Shown piece by piece: positions 24,067-36,799 of a stretch of 64,000 bases of DNA; the stretch's first letter is position 1; each line of letters begins with the position of its first letter. Made by a program: the position numbers and the translations under genes. The notes below the pieces were generated by a model, which saw only the letters and a list, made by a program, of their open reading frames with translations, was not told where the DNA came from and made no database searches. Origin of the DNA: Macrostomum hystrix (Eukaryota > Animalia > Platyhelminthes); contig CATNEN010000001.1 in NCBI GenBank assembly GCA_950097015.1, forward strand, positions 17,174,001-17,238,000. Reading direction: 5' to 3'.

Positions 24067-25782
24067 TCATTGAAGTGTCGACACTGACGCGATGCTGATG
24101 CTGAGGTGCTTCGGTGAGCTCTTTTTTGCTTCATTTTCGGCCCCTTGGACGCCGACGTTCTTCGGGGCAATGCGTTGCTGCGAACTGGTCGCCCGCGCTT
24201 TGCTTCTCCCAAACGAAGCGATGTCGAAGGCCAATTCAAGGAGCTCGCACAAGGTCAGCAAGGACATGCCCAGGTAGATGCCCATAATGCCGCCAACGTC
24301 AGAGATGAAGCTCTGCAGATCGTAGTCGATGGAGAAGCTCAGCCGATCGCACAGAACCCGGTGAGGCTTGAAGTGAATCTTCAGCATGTTGCTGCGAATG
24401 TAGGACGCCACGATGGACTCGTTTCCGCTCACCAGCAGGTCCAGCACCGGCACGCTCAGGTTCCGGGCCCTGGCCAGCTGCCAGGCCTTCTTGATGGAGC
24501 TGTTAATGAAGGGAGCCGTGGAGCTCGGGGTGGGCCAGTCCGAGCTGGAGATGCTCACACTGTACTCCAGCGTGCTGCAAGGCCGCCTACTCTCGCAGGC
24601 GGCTTTTGTGAGCCGGTCGAATCGACTGCTTTTCATCTCCAGAGAGGCGTCGCGGAAGAAAATGAAGAATGTCGGGTCGCCTGTCAGGTTCATGACGAAT
24701 CTCTTGCCTCTGAGCGGCCACGGTAGCGGGCCGATGATGCCAGACATGTTGACAAGCTCCTGCGTCTGCCTATGGAACTCGTAGTAAAAGCAGTAGGAGT
24801 AGCTGTACGCGTGGTTGTAGGGCGTCTCGTCGTACGGGTTGACGTATTGAACGTCCGGTGTGTCGCTGAGGCAGCTAAACTGTCCTTCCTTGTACACCTG
24901 CTGCATCATGCCGATTTCAACCGTGTGAAACTTTCCCGGGCCGAGAGAGAACGAGCTGACAAAGTCGGTCGGATACTCGCCCGGAGGTGTCAGGAACACT
25001 TTCACCCCGGCCTGCCTATCTGGCCCATTGTAGTCTGCAACATTGAGCGACCAATCCGACACTGGAATCTGAACCTGCCTGGCGTACACCATTTTCTCAA
25101 TGTTATTTCCACTCGAGGCTAGACCAGGAAATGCCGAGTCTGTGACCAGTGTGACAACCAGGCCAGCTGAAGAGCCTGTTTGAATAATTCTTTTCTGCCA
25201 AGTGCTGTTTAGAGTCCACTTCAGACAGCGCAGGTACATTGGATGGTAGAAGCTTTCAGCAACAATGGGCTGGTACTCCGGCATGCCGTAGTCGGTGTTG
25301 TAAGTGACGTCACTCGTAATCACATTCTGCTCGTTTCTGTGGGCCAGCGCGTCAACCATCAGGCGATAGGACAGCGACTGCGGATAGGCCAGCGAGAAGC
25401 CGATCTCGCCAGCGAGCAGCATGCTGGCATAGCCGGACATTGCCAGCTCGCGTCGCATTGTGGCCTGCGACACATTCAGCTGAGCATTGATGGCGGCTGC
25501 CGATTGAGCGTCGATAGTGGCTGCATAGCTACCGGAAATGGGATTCTCATAGCAGGCGTACACATCCGGAAACTGGAAGTTCAAGCTGTTGCCCTCGAAT
25601 GTGCTGGTGACCTGGCGGGCCTGCAGCTTCACTCCAAACTGGTAAAGTCCCCTGAGGAAGAGGCCCATCATCAGCAGAAATATCAGCAGCCAGGCGAGCC
25701 GCACCGTCAGCGGCTTGCTGGTGACCATCCTCGGCAGTCCGTGCGATGTTGAGGACTCCATGGCGCTCTTGAGTTGCAGCAT
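24067..25782 (-). CDS. DEG/ENaC family sodium channel subunit, intronless, 571 aa
   Basis: Pre-TM1 STSHGLPR (HG motif), TM1, FPDVYAC, and TM2 FISDVGGIMGIYLGMSLLTLCE with a GxS filter. Confidence 0.93.
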   Translation of the reverse strand: MLQLKSAMESSTSHGLPRMVTSKPLTVRLAWLLIFLLMMGLFLRGLYQFGVKLQARQVTSTFEGNSLNFQFPDVYACYENPISGSYAATIDAQSAAAINAQLNVSQATMRRELAMSGYASMLLAGEIGFSLAYPQSLSYRLMVDALAHRNEQNVITSDVTYNTDYGMPEYQPIVAESFYHPMYLRCLKWTLNSTWQKRIIQTGSSAGLVVTLVTDSAFPGLASSGNNIEKMVYARQVQIPVSDWSLNVADYNGPDRQAGVKVFLTPPGEYPTDFVSSFSLGPGKFHTVEIGMMQQVYKEGQFSCLSDTPDVQYVNPYDETPYNHAYSYSYCFYYEFHRQTQELVNMSGIIGPLPWPLRGKRFVMNLTGDPTFFIFFRDASLEMKSSRFDRLTKAACESRRPCSTLEYSVSISSSDWPTPSSTAPFINSSIKKAWQLARARNLSVPVLDLLVSGNESIVASYIRSNMLKIHFKPHRVLCDRLSFSIDYDLQSFISDVGGIMGIYLGMSLLTLCELLELAFDIASFGRSKARATSSQQRIAPKNVGVQGAENEAKKSSPKHLSISIASVSTLQ

Positions 25783-26704
25783 TCTTTTGCAGTCTGTCTA
25801 TTTCCCAGAGTGCTCTGATAGTGTTCTCAGCAAAAATCTCAGGCGAGGGTCTAGTCACTTCTTTTAGTCTCTCACGTTTGTTACAGCATTTAATATGTGC
25901 GATGACCACTCAGGTAGATTGGCTGGAGTCTCCACCCCAACCCCAGACTGACCAACGGTGCTCCGCTGTTAACAACAAAGCCCTGCAGCCGGCAACAGAA
26001 GCTGCGGACTTTCTCTCAGCACTGAAGCCAGCCAGACCCAGTTAAGCCCGCTTTTTCCCGCCTCCTGCACAGCCCCTTCATAGACTTGACTTTGCGTGGC
26101 TATTGTGTAAACTGGAACAACCCAAATCACTCGTTGGGGTATTGGCTACTGGGATTCATTATGCAGCCCCAATCGCCGACACTCCGAAGCCACTGCTGAC
26201 TGGCAGTTTGCTAAAGCTGTGGGTGAAATAAATTTCTGAATGCCAAACTGGGCGCGGAGAATTTTCTAGACCCGTATATTTTGATTTCCTCGAGCACCTT
26301 TGTCTACAGTTTCTGCTTAGTGACTGACCCCACTAGGCTAGCTAGTGGCAAAATCAATCACCGTTGTCATGGCGACGCATTGGGAATTGCTAGCTTTGGT
26401 TTCATTGTTTGCTTTAAATCCCTTTCCACCGCATGATTGTTCAATCGACCAAGCCGCGACAGGCCTCTAAAACATTATTTTGATTGGCACAGAAGGCTAA
26501 AAATACTTAGCTAGCTGGAACTGATGCCGTTTGAGAGCCTGTAAAATGGAAAAGCACTTCGCATAATTAATCAATAACAAGAATTCTCGCTCAAACTGGT
26601 CATCAGAGGGACGGCGAGACCCTTTTTGTTTATTTGGGAACAAGAAGGCTGACTTTGATATTTGATTGTGTTTATTGGCAGTCACTTTTTAATGGAGTGA
26701 TAGG

Positions 26705-27395
26705 TTATGGATTATGGTGGACAGGTGGATGGTGGATAGGTAATGGAGTATGGTGGATTGGTAATGGATTATGGTGGATTGGTAATGGATTATAGTGGAT
26801 TGGTAATGGATTATGATGGATTGGTAATGGAGCATGGTGGATTGGTAATTGATTATGGTGGATCGGTAATGGATTATGGTGGATCGGTAATGGATTATGG
26901 TGGATTGGTAATGGATTATAGTGGATTGGTAATGGATTATGGTGGATAGGTAATGGATTATGGTGGATTGGTAATGGATTATAGTGGATTGGTAATGGAG
27001 CATGTTGGATAGGTAATGGATTATGGTGGATTGGCAATGGATTATAGTGGATTGGTAATGGATTATGATGGATTGGTAATGGAGCATGGTGGATTGGTAA
27101 TGGATTATGGTGGATTGGTAATGGATTATAGTGGATTGGTAATGGATTATGGTGGATTGGTAATGGAGCATGTTGGATAGGTAATGGATTATGGTGGATC
27201 GGTAATGGATTATAGTGGATTGGTAATGGATTATAGTGGATTGGTAATGGATTATGGTGGATTGGTAATGGAGCATGTTGGATAGGTAATGGATTATGGT
27301 GGATTGGTAATGGATTATAGTGGATTGGTAATGGATTATGGTGGATTGGTAATGGAGCATGTTGGATAGGTAATGGATTATGGTGGATTGGTAAT
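26705..27395. repeat. 21-bp minisatellite (GATTGGTAATGGATTATGGTG)n between the ENaC genes; short outlier at ~27640-27685
   Basis: Tandem units visible. Confidence 0.95.
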
Positions 27396-28086
27396 TGTGA
27401 GAGATACAATTCAGACTACTGACAACAGTAGAAAAGCAAAGACTTGGCTGCAAAACTCTCACATAACACTAAAAAGTATCGCCATAAAAATGGCAAGGTT
27501 AAAAGAGACTTCTGTGCACACTGAGAGTGGTGGGAGAGGACGGCGTGTGGCTATGGCTGACTGACGAAGGCAAACAAGCCAGAAACCAGTCTCGGTCTGC
27601 CAGCGCGAGGTTCGTTCCCCACTTTTAGTGTGTTACAATAATGGATTATGGTGGATCGGTACTGGAGCATGGTGGATTGGTAATGGTGTCTTGTCTGAGT
27701 TATAATATTCTGATCCAACCAGAATTCAGAAATGCGGCATGCAAACAGGTGAAGATTGTTGAATTCCTCCTGAATTTCATGATGCCAAGTGCAACAAATA
27801 CGGATGTGAATACTGGCAGGCTCAATGGTCTCAGCAAACATTTCTACTAGGGACTCGTTGAGAATTGTCGCTTAAAAGTACTGGGCTGAGTAGTCGCTCT
27901 CCACTAGACTCAAGAAGACTGACTTGGTACCTGCCCGGTGTCTTGTCCTGCAGTCAGACAGCAAACACAAAGATTGTTCGACAAACACTCGTAAAAAGCT
28001 TCTGCAACTACAAGCAACAAGACCAGTTGCAGTCAAATATGCTGTATTTCCCTTTCACCAAGTAGTGAGAACTCCTTCAGACAAAA

Positions 28087-29790
28087 ATGCTGCAGGTAAA
28101 GCAGTGCCTCGAGTCCACGTCTTCGCACGCCTTGCCGAGGCTGGTAAGCCACAGGCCTCTGATTGTAAGGCTTGCCTGGCTGCTGCTGTTCTTGTTAATG
28201 CTTTCCCTGTTCTTAAAGGGGCTAGTTGAGTTCGCGGTGAAGCTGCAGACACGCCAGGTTACTTCGTCATTGGAAGCGAACAAGATCGATTTTACATTTC
28301 CGGACATTTACGCATGCTCTGAGAGCGCCATTTCAAGCAGCTACGCCGCCAACGCTGATCCCACGGCTGCTGGTAGAATGAACGCTGGACTCAACTCGGC
28401 TAATCTGCATTTGCAGCAGAATCTAGACAGGGTTGGACTTGTTGACAGCTTCGCCAGACGCGATTTCAGCTTCATGATTCTGCACACTCTGCAGTACAGA
28501 CTACTTGTGGACACTCTCGCTCAAAGGATTGAGCAGGGCGTCATTGAGGCCAGCATTCTCAGCAAGGATGAGACTGGGCTGCCTCGTCTCAACCTCAAAG
28601 CCAGCCTGGCAGCCTTCTACCACCCTGTGTATCTGCGCTGCTACAAGTGGAGCCAAGCCGGGGTCGACCCCCGCGTCCTCCTGCAGCCTGGCGACTCGGG
28701 TCTGGTTTTAACACTGAATTCGGACAGCGAGTACCCGCCAGCGACCAGCAGCTTAGTGAAATCGCTCGTCTACATCAACGACATTCAGATTCCTGTCTCC
28801 GACTGGTCGTTTTCACCTCAGGACATCAGGAGCTCGGATCGGTGCTCAGGATTCCGAGTGTTCCTCACTCCACCAGGCGAATACCCGTCTGAGTTCGTGC
28901 CGTCCTTTTCCCTCAGTCCGGGAAAATTTCACACTGTCAATATCGACCTGACTCAGTATGAGAGCAGCGAAAGCGACTTCGGATGCTTGAAACAGCCGCA
29001 CAACGTTAAATTCTTGAACCCGTATGACGAAACGCCTTACGAGCATTCATACAGTTATTCCTACTGCTACTACTATGAGTACCACAAGCGAATTCAGCAG
29101 GTCATGAACATGTCAGGCATTGTAAGTCCTCTGCCGTGGCCTCTGAGAGGCTATAGGTTCGGGTTCAACCTGTCCATTGAACAAAACGTTTTCATTGCGC
29201 AAAACGATCCTTCATTAATCAAGCCCCTGCTGCAGCTCAGCAACACGGTTCAAGCGGTGTGCATCTCAAGCAGGCCCTGCTCTGTGCTGGAGTACAGTGC
29301 CAGTATCTCGAGCACAGACTGGCCGACAAGGAGCTCACTTCCCACATTCCTCAACAGCTCGGTGAGGAGAGCGAGAATGCTGGCAATGTCCAAGAACCTG
29401 AGTGTACCTGCTCTTGACTTTCTCGAGTCAGCAAATCAATCAGTTGCTGAGCAATACGTGCAAAGAAACATGCTAAAAGTGTTCTTCAAGCCTAGAAGAG
29501 CACTTTGCGATCGCGTGAAATTTTCGATCGACTACCGAATTCAGAGCTTCATCTCTGACGTTGGCGGAATCATGGGCATCTACCTGGGCATGTCACTGCT
29601 CACACTGTGCGAGCTGTTTGAGTTGATCTTTTACCTGTCAGTGGAACTCAGAGGCAGGCTTCGACGAGTTCATGAGCAGGCAGAGCCGTCTCCTGAGTCA
29701 AACGAAAATGCAATTCGCCAGCAAAAGATGGTCTCAGCAACTCGACAGAATTCAAACAAATGCATTGTGGAAGACTTTGAGGAGAACTAG
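28087..29790 (+). CDS. DEG/ENaC family sodium channel subunit, intronless, 567 aa, paralogue of 24067-25782
   Basis: Colinear with the upstream paralogue (FPDIYAC, QIPVSDWS, VFLTPPGEYP, NPYDETPY, identical TM2). Confidence 0.93.
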   Translation: MLQVKQCLESTSSHALPRLVSHRPLIVRLAWLLLFLLMLSLFLKGLVEFAVKLQTRQVTSSLEANKIDFTFPDIYACSESAISSSYAANADPTAAGRMNAGLNSANLHLQQNLDRVGLVDSFARRDFSFMILHTLQYRLLVDTLAQRIEQGVIEASILSKDETGLPRLNLKASLAAFYHPVYLRCYKWSQAGVDPRVLLQPGDSGLVLTLNSDSEYPPATSSLVKSLVYINDIQIPVSDWSFSPQDIRSSDRCSGFRVFLTPPGEYPSEFVPSFSLSPGKFHTVNIDLTQYESSESDFGCLKQPHNVKFLNPYDETPYEHSYSYSYCYYYEYHKRIQQVMNMSGIVSPLPWPLRGYRFGFNLSIEQNVFIAQNDPSLIKPLLQLSNTVQAVCISSRPCSVLEYSASISSTDWPTRSSLPTFLNSSVRRARMLAMSKNLSVPALDFLESANQSVAEQYVQRNMLKVFFKPRRALCDRVKFSIDYRIQSFISDVGGIMGIYLGMSLLTLCELFELIFYLSVELRGRLRRVHEQAEPSPESNENAIRQQKMVSATRQNSNKCIVEDFEEN

Positions 29791-30213
29791 CTATTTACCT
29801 TCGTGTCAATCAGCAGTTGGTCAGTGAATCTGGTGTCTGGATAGCGACTGCTTGCAGCTGATGCAGGCTTTTAAAACAACCGAGCTGTCCGTTTTAGACA
29901 CTGAAATGACACCAAGCTAACACCTCGTAGAAAGTTGTGTGAACACATAAACGAAACTTCTTTTGTTTATTTTTCACTGAAAGTTTCAGCCCACAGTTAT
30001 TTTTTTAATTGTTCTCGTATGAAGCATTGAAACTTCACTTTGATTTGGAACAGCGTTATATTCCCAACATCCCCTAACTGACTGCTAGCAAAGAACTCTA
30101 GCTTGTGTTGTGAAATCATCTGCAAAAAGTTATATCACCTACTGATAGTGGTATCAACTGATTTAAATATAAGCGCTGCAGAAATGGAGCATCATTTGGT
30201 GACACTGTGTCAC

Positions 30214-30500
30214 GCAGCCAGCGAGGAGGCATTTCTGCCCACTTCGCTGACTCCTGAGCACACACGCACACAGATACCGTACGCACACGCTCACATAGGT
30301 GTGTACATCTGCTCCGACTTTCTCATCGTCAGGCAGTGTACACTCTCACACTGTGCCTTGGAGGTTGGCCCTAAAGTGCGCATATTGCACGACAAGCCCC
30401 CAAGCCTTCTCTCCGCTGCTGCGCCCCAAATGAATGTGCCTCGAGGAATCGAGCTCAGGGACCTTGGTGCGAGTGGCAAATGAGTTAGATCGCTCTGCCA
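30214..30500 (-). mobile_element. tRNA-derived SINE, family 2, second copy
   Basis: Shares GCAGCCAGCGAGGAGGCA...CTCCTGAGCACAC...CAGATACCGTACGCA...CCCAAATGAATGTG...AGGGACCTTGGTG with 11236-11476. Confidence 0.8.
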
Positions 30501-31302
30501 CTCACCGTAAACTTAGCCCCACTAACAATTTCATTCACTCGAGTATGAAATACCCGTTGACGGAAGCCTTAGCACTGGGCTGCCTAAGCATTGGTATAGG
30601 GTTTTTTAGACCCACTACACTACCGTGTCGTTATACAACAGCGGCCTTGGCAGTGTCCGTGAGAAAGACAGTTAATTCCCTGATCGCCCCCCACCCAGTC
30701 CATGGACTTCGTGTAGATGTACATGAACTGCATGTACAAACGCAGTCTTTAGTGGCACTGGCTTTTTATCTGCAATGGCCCAACTTGATTTGTGTAACTT
30801 CTGTTCTATATTTTCCAATTTCCAATATTCCAATCTAGATTTGCCTCGTGCAACTCCGTCATTTATAATAGTGCTTAGTGGCTGGCTTAGACTTGTTAGA
30901 CGAAGTGAAATTCAAGAAAAATGTAAAGAAATATAAATGAAAGGAGATTTGCGAGGCAGAGAGACTGAGCAATGGAGAGATTTCGCAAGGCCATGTGTGC
31001 ATTAGAACCGATTGCATTGGTGCATGCAGCAGCCGCTGGATCTATACTCTGCTGTGGCGTGTTTGTCTGTGTACCCAGGGTCGCAGCCTGCAGAGCGACT
31101 GATAGAGTGAGAGTGAACTCTAAGTCCATATAACTAGTAGCTTGTTGCTGGGGGAAGGCTGCATAACTGCTGCGCATTGCACCCTGCGCGAGTTGATTTC
31201 GTCTCAAGTCTATTTTTTGTTGTTTCCCAAGGCAACCACCATCAGCATTATGGTGTTTATCACGGTTAGACATGGAGGTAAGATTTTGTTTTTTAAGCCC
31301 AT

Positions 31303-32285
31303 AAATCCCCAATCAAACTCCCAAATCCCCGATGGCACTCCCAAATTCCCAATGGCACTCCCAAATCCCCAATTTCAATCCCAAATCTCCAATGACAATC
31401 CCAAATCCCCAATTTCAATCCCAAATCTCCAATGGCAACCTCAAATCCCAAATTGCAATCCTGACAAATCCCCAATCGCGCTCCTAAATCCCCAATGGCA
31501 ATCCTGAGAAATCCCCAATGGCAATCCCAAATCCCCAATGGCAATCCCAAATCCCAAAATGGCAATCCCAAATCCCAAATGGCAATCCCAAATCCCCAAT
31601 CGCAATCCTGACAAATCCCCAATGGCAATCCTGACAAATCCCAAATGGCAATCCCAAATCCCCAATCGCAATCCTGACAAATCCCCAGTGGCGATCCCAA
31701 ATCCCCAATGGCAATCCTGACAAATCCCAAATGGCAATCCCAAATCCCCAATCGCAATCCTGACAAATCCCCAGTGGCGATCCCAAATCCCCAATGGCAA
31801 TCCTGACAAATCCCAAATGGCAATCCCAAATCCCCAATCGCAATCCTGACAAATCCCCAGTGGCGATCCCAAATCCCCAATGGCAATCCTGACAAATCCC
31901 AAATGGCAATCCCAAATCCCCAATCGCAATCCTGACAAATCCCCAATGGCAATCCTGACAAATCCCCAATGGCAATCCTGACAAATCCCCAGTGGCGATC
32001 CCAAATCCCCAATGGCAATCCCGAATCCCCAATGGCAATCCTGACAAATCCCGAATAGCAATCCGAAATCCCGAATGGCAATCCCAAATCCCCAATGGCA
32101 ATCCCGAATCCCCAATGGCAATCCTGACAAATCCCGAATAGCAATCCGAAATCCCGAATGGCAATCCCGAATAATCCCTAGTGGCAATCCGAAATCCCGA
32201 ATGGCAATCCCGAATCCCTAGTGGCAATCCTGACAAATCCCGAATAGCAATCCTGAATCCCGAATGGCAATCCCAAATCCCCAAT
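31303..32285. repeat. Compound minisatellite built from AATCCC(C)AA/TGGC/CTGACA modules
   Basis: Irregular tandem modules with higher-order duplications. Confidence 0.93.
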
Positions 32286-32741
32286 ATGGCGCTACAAAAT
32301 TTGCGGTGGCGCCCCAGCCCGATTTCCCGATAGCAGCGACCTCCAACAAACTGAAAAATCCTGGCTGGTTCGTAAATACTTAGTCATGCTCGTATTCTCA
32401 TAAATGAGTCACCACTTGTTAAACGAGTGGCATCTATACTAAATCTGAAACAATGTGCCATCCAACGAAGAGACACTTTTCAACCAGGACTGCGGAAGCG
32501 CGGCTCTGTTGAGAGCGATTCGAGACAAATGCTGCGAGATCGGATCAAACGGTGCGTTACCCAATAGATTTTTACAGCTTTATGAGACCTGAAATTCACA
32601 AAGACAATATGACTCTTAATTTCCACGTACTTTCTTTCAACTTACGTCCGAACCGAGATTTCAAGCGAACAATTTTTTTCAGCAATCATCGATTTATCCG
32701 ACAAGGACGGAAATGTAAAAGATCTGAGAAAATATCCACAC

Positions 32742-33508
32742 ATGACGGCAAAGGAGGTGCTGTCGGATCGAGAGGACTGCGTGCTACTTAAAGTAGGAGG
32801 TGAGCACTTTTTCTAAGCATATTTCACTTCGAAATTTAACTTTATCTTTAACAGCAGCATCTACGCTGAGTACTGTCCATGGACCTAAATGCCACCAATC
32901 TCACCCGAATTTAGTACTTGGTAAATGAGCTGATGCTGGTACTCCATGATTTTACCGAATCAAGGATGAGGCATTCTAATTGTCTTGCTCAATGACAGAT
33001 TTAGTTTCCCACGGCTGAGATTCGAATTCTGGACCTTCTCGGTTTCGGTGCCAAAAGCTCTGGGTTGAAATTATTATATCAAATTTTAAAATGTGCATGA
33101 GAGCTCAATTAATATTTTACTTGTAGAAAATAAAAAAGGAAAAGTGGTTTTCACGCCTTTGCTGGACAATGAGGAGATCATCACGAAGGCCTTTCTAGGT
33201 AATTGGATCGATAAAAAACCCTTTGAATAAACTGAAATCTGAGCTCTGAGCATTATTGAACTAACTAATTGCCATTGTAATAGTGAGCTGATTGTAAACT
33301 CTACAATCTTAATTGCATGTGTTGACGGGCAGAGAAATTGGCCAAAGGATCCAAGCGAGAGTCGAATAAGGGCCAGAAAACGGCCGGAAGAGGATCCGGT
33401 GGCCCCAGCAGTGGCGGCAGTGCAAGCGCCGCTTCGGCATCACAACAAGTTTCTGGTAGCAAGAAAGCTGGCGCACCGCAGACGCATGGAGCCCACAAGC
33501 GACGCTAA
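32742..33508 (+). CDS. Unannotated small basic protein, 3 exons, 101 aa (absent from ORF track)
   Basis: Exons 32742-32799, 33127-33198, 33333-33508; both introns GT-AG phase 1 (GGAG|gtgagc, ttgtag|AA, CTAG|gtaatt, gggcag|AG). Gives MTAKEVLSDREDCVLLKVGENKKGKVVFTPLLDNEEIITKAFLEKLAKGSKRES...GAHKRR*. Confidence 0.72.
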
Positions 33509-35474
33509 ATTGCACACTGCACTGTGTCATCTTCGATCAATTCCTCTTAATTCAGCTCGAGCAAGTTTACAATAGTCTCCCCAAAAAGTGCACATTTGAA
33601 AACGATATTATGCACGAGTACAATTATTCACTTAAACTACTGTAGTGTCGTACAGTGTAACAAAATTCGCAATCTAAAACGGCCCTTTTAAGGGACGCCA
33701 ACAGTATAATGATGTGTATGGTGGCGTGAAATCTGCAACTGAATGATTGAAGAGTACTGATTTTAACTGAAAAACTCAATGATCTTGATTTCACTTAGAT
33801 AAAAATAAATGGTTACGCCAAGAACCTTTTAAAGGGACACTTAATCAACTGAATGAAGCTGTATTTTACGCGCAAGCAAAACCTCTCCGTGCACTAGCTT
33901 GTTTAACTTATTCTTATAACATGCAAGTAAAAGACATATTTTACATATGTTTTTACTAAACCACGTAACAGAAACTAATAATATTGTAAACAATTCAATC
34001 ATATAACTATTCTTCTGCAAATACGTAAGATTTTGAAAAAGAAACTTAGAATTCAGATTTCTACGACTTGTCTTTAAAAGTGGCTTATTGGATTACAGCT
34101 CAATAAAAACAAAGATTTATTAAAATTTGCACACATGTTTATCTGTAAATGCGACTGTCACTTCAGCCTTTTTTAATTTCAAAACTGAATGTTCTTTTTG
34201 TTAGTGCCAGTTGTTCAAAAGAATTTGGCATCAGTAACCACGTGTGTGTGTATTTACGATGGTCATTTAGTCCACAAGCTAAGATTATTGGTGTGAATTT
34301 TTTCTTTTATATAGACCTAACCTTATTAAAACCTCATTGTTTCTATTGCATCATCGCCTGTTATATTGTAACTTCATACTAAGGTAGCTTAATTTCTGGG
34401 CAATTACTGATTTTTACTATTCACATTTCAGAAATAAACATATTGAAAGTGGAAACTTTTTGTGCGAATTTGGTCCCATGAGCATTTGCTTTTTCGTCTA
34501 TGGTTTTATATCACAGTTTCGCAATTCTTAAAGTGCTGTTTGTATATATACATTTGTTATTAAATTTCCATTTAATAACTTGTAAACGGATTGGACATTG
34601 GTATAGTCTACCTTATAAGCTTCTTAACAATACAATAGGAACTATATAGTAAATTGGAAACTAGAATACAAATTAAAATAATTTTGACAAATATAATGAA
34701 TAAATGATTCATTGAGCTCTTAGCACTTTTATTTCACATGTTTCATGATTTTTGCAGTTCTATTCAAGTTAGGCCTAAAATGATCAGCAATGTATACTTT
34801 AAATAAGGTTTTAAATAAAAAATATCAATTTTAATCTCCAATCAACAGCTCATTTTTTGCAAATAATTTTTGATATTTGGAATGAATTCTAATGCAAGTT
34901 ATATTGTAGAAAGCTAAAAAAACCTTATGTGTTTCATCAATTTGGTGCTTCTATCAACTTTGTTTTTATTTATAAGTTGCATACCTTCATTTCAACGTAT
35001 TAATTTGAGGACAAAATATATATTTCCACCATTTTGAGTATGTCTTAACTTAATGTTAGGCCTACATAAAATTTGTATAATACAATATATAGATTTAAAC
35101 ATTTCTATATTTGTCTTCTTATTAAAAATTCAGCAAGGCCTAGTTTAAGTAAGTGAATACTGAGTGTTCTGATTGCTTTAAATATTAAATATATAAAGTA
35201 TATACATTCCATTAAATTATGAAAAAATACTTGCTTAAGATTTTATATTTTGTTATCTAGAGGTGTCAACAAGAAATATCAGTGGGCAGAGAATGAAATG
35301 ACTAAAGGGACACAAGTATCATTAACAAGTATTATTCACTAATTTACATGCTGGGTGCAGTGTTGTGTTGTGTAGCATTAGCATACAGAATTCAAGCTGA
35401 GTGTGATATTTCCAGAGTTGGGTGCATTAAACTATTTAAGTAACCATTCACCTTTGGAATTACCTTCTTTACAG

Positions 35475-36539
35475 ATGCTTCTAGACCTGTTCGGAGAAAT
35501 CTGTTGGAATTGCAATTTACCATCCTACAAATCCTGCTCAATTCATGCAGGCGGCCTTTATCTGTCAGTATGTTCTGTTGAATCGCCGAATGTGTCAGGA
35601 GTTTGTTTCGTGTGCAGCTCAAACTGCCTCGCCATCGCAATCCAACACACAGCTGGCGATAGGACGTACCTGAGCAGTGTGGATGACTGCGCAGTGACTG
35701 ACAAGAATGTGTTGCTTGTGATACATGAGAAAATCTACTGCACTTCAATGCAGACTGTAGTGGCTGCAATCAGAGACAAGTCTGATCATTTAGTTCTTCA
35801 CCGAGTTCAGTTTGAGTGCTCGTCGGATGAGCTTCAGTTGGGCTCTTTGAATTTCCGAGCTGTTGGCGCCACACTTGGCGACATTTTTGCGGTTAAAACT
35901 GACGGCTGTCTTTGCAAGCTGGGCGCCTCGATCGATTGTGCCAGTTTCTCCATCGAGTACATCGCCTGCGAGTCTCCTGTCAGACAGCTCGCTTGCGGCA
36001 ACGATCACTGCGTTGTTCTGCTCGACAATGGCCGGGTGTGCTCAATGGGCATCGGGTCTCGGGGCCAACTGGGGCATGGCGACTTGGCCGACCTGACAAC
36101 TCCAAAGCAACTGGAGTCTTTAAGTACACTGTCTGTCATGTCGGTGTCTGCTGGCGGATGGCACAGCGCTTTCCTGACTAGTACAGGCGACCTGTATCTT
36201 TGCGGCTGGAACGAGTCGATGCAGTTGGGAATCAGTGACCTGTCTGTGTGGTCCGAGCCCGAGCCGCTTGACCTGCCTCCGCTAATAGACAACAATGGCA
36301 TGGCCGACGAGGCAATATCCGGCGTCTCATGCGGCATGCGGCACACGGTGTTGTGGACTGAGAGAAACACAATCTTCTGCCTCGGCGGCACCACAGAACC
36401 GTTAATAGACAAGCGAAAACTGCCCCTTGATGAAAGCTTCAGTAGAGTGGCCTGCGGACACAAGTCTAGCCTTTATCATGGTCGGGAAAAGATTGTGTGC
36501 AAATCTTACGATTTCGCCTTTTCTGTCGCAGTTTCTTAA
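35475..36539 (+). CDS. RCCD1: RCC1 domain-containing protein (RCCD1-like)
   Basis: RCC1 repeats LACGNDHCVVL...GSRGQLGHG, VSAGGWHSAFLTSTGDLYLCGWNESMQLG, VSCGMRHT. The first in-frame ATG (35475) directly follows the acceptor taccttctttacag; start is uncertain (frame open from 35403). Confidence 0.8.
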   Translation: MLLDLFGEICWNCNLPSYKSCSIHAGGLYLSVCSVESPNVSGVCFVCSSNCLAIAIQHTAGDRTYLSSVDDCAVTDKNVLLVIHEKIYCTSMQTVVAAIRDKSDHLVLHRVQFECSSDELQLGSLNFRAVGATLGDIFAVKTDGCLCKLGASIDCASFSIEYIACESPVRQLACGNDHCVVLLDNGRVCSMGIGSRGQLGHGDLADLTTPKQLESLSTLSVMSVSAGGWHSAFLTSTGDLYLCGWNESMQLGISDLSVWSEPEPLDLPPLIDNNGMADEAISGVSCGMRHTVLWTERNTIFCLGGTTEPLIDKRKLPLDESFSRVACGHKSSLYHGREKIVCKSYDFAFSVAVS

Positions 36540-36799
36540 TTTATTCGTTGTTCTTTCTTAGTGATTTGAAATATAGACATTATGCAAACCAGGCATCATG
36601 CTCAATTTAGTTCTTATTGCAATCCGAAGCATAACAGCTTTTTTGTATGCATATAAGTCGCTTCATATTTCTTCTCTTATTGTTTTCAATGCTATTAAAT
36701 ATATTAATTAGTACAGTGTGTGCATTGCGATTGTAGTGCATATATTTCCAAGCACATCATTAACCATCATAGCTGATTAAAAGCACTCAACATTTTAGT

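Noticed and set aside
30896-31272. Minus-strand ORF with hydrophobic C-terminus
   Set aside because: No recognisable homology and no linkable upstream exon; cannot be supported, though not excluded.
33709-33770. Possible box C/D snoRNA (ATGATGT...CTGA...CTGA)
   Set aside because: Imperfect C box, D' and C' directly adjacent, and no rRNA-complementary guide I could recognise.
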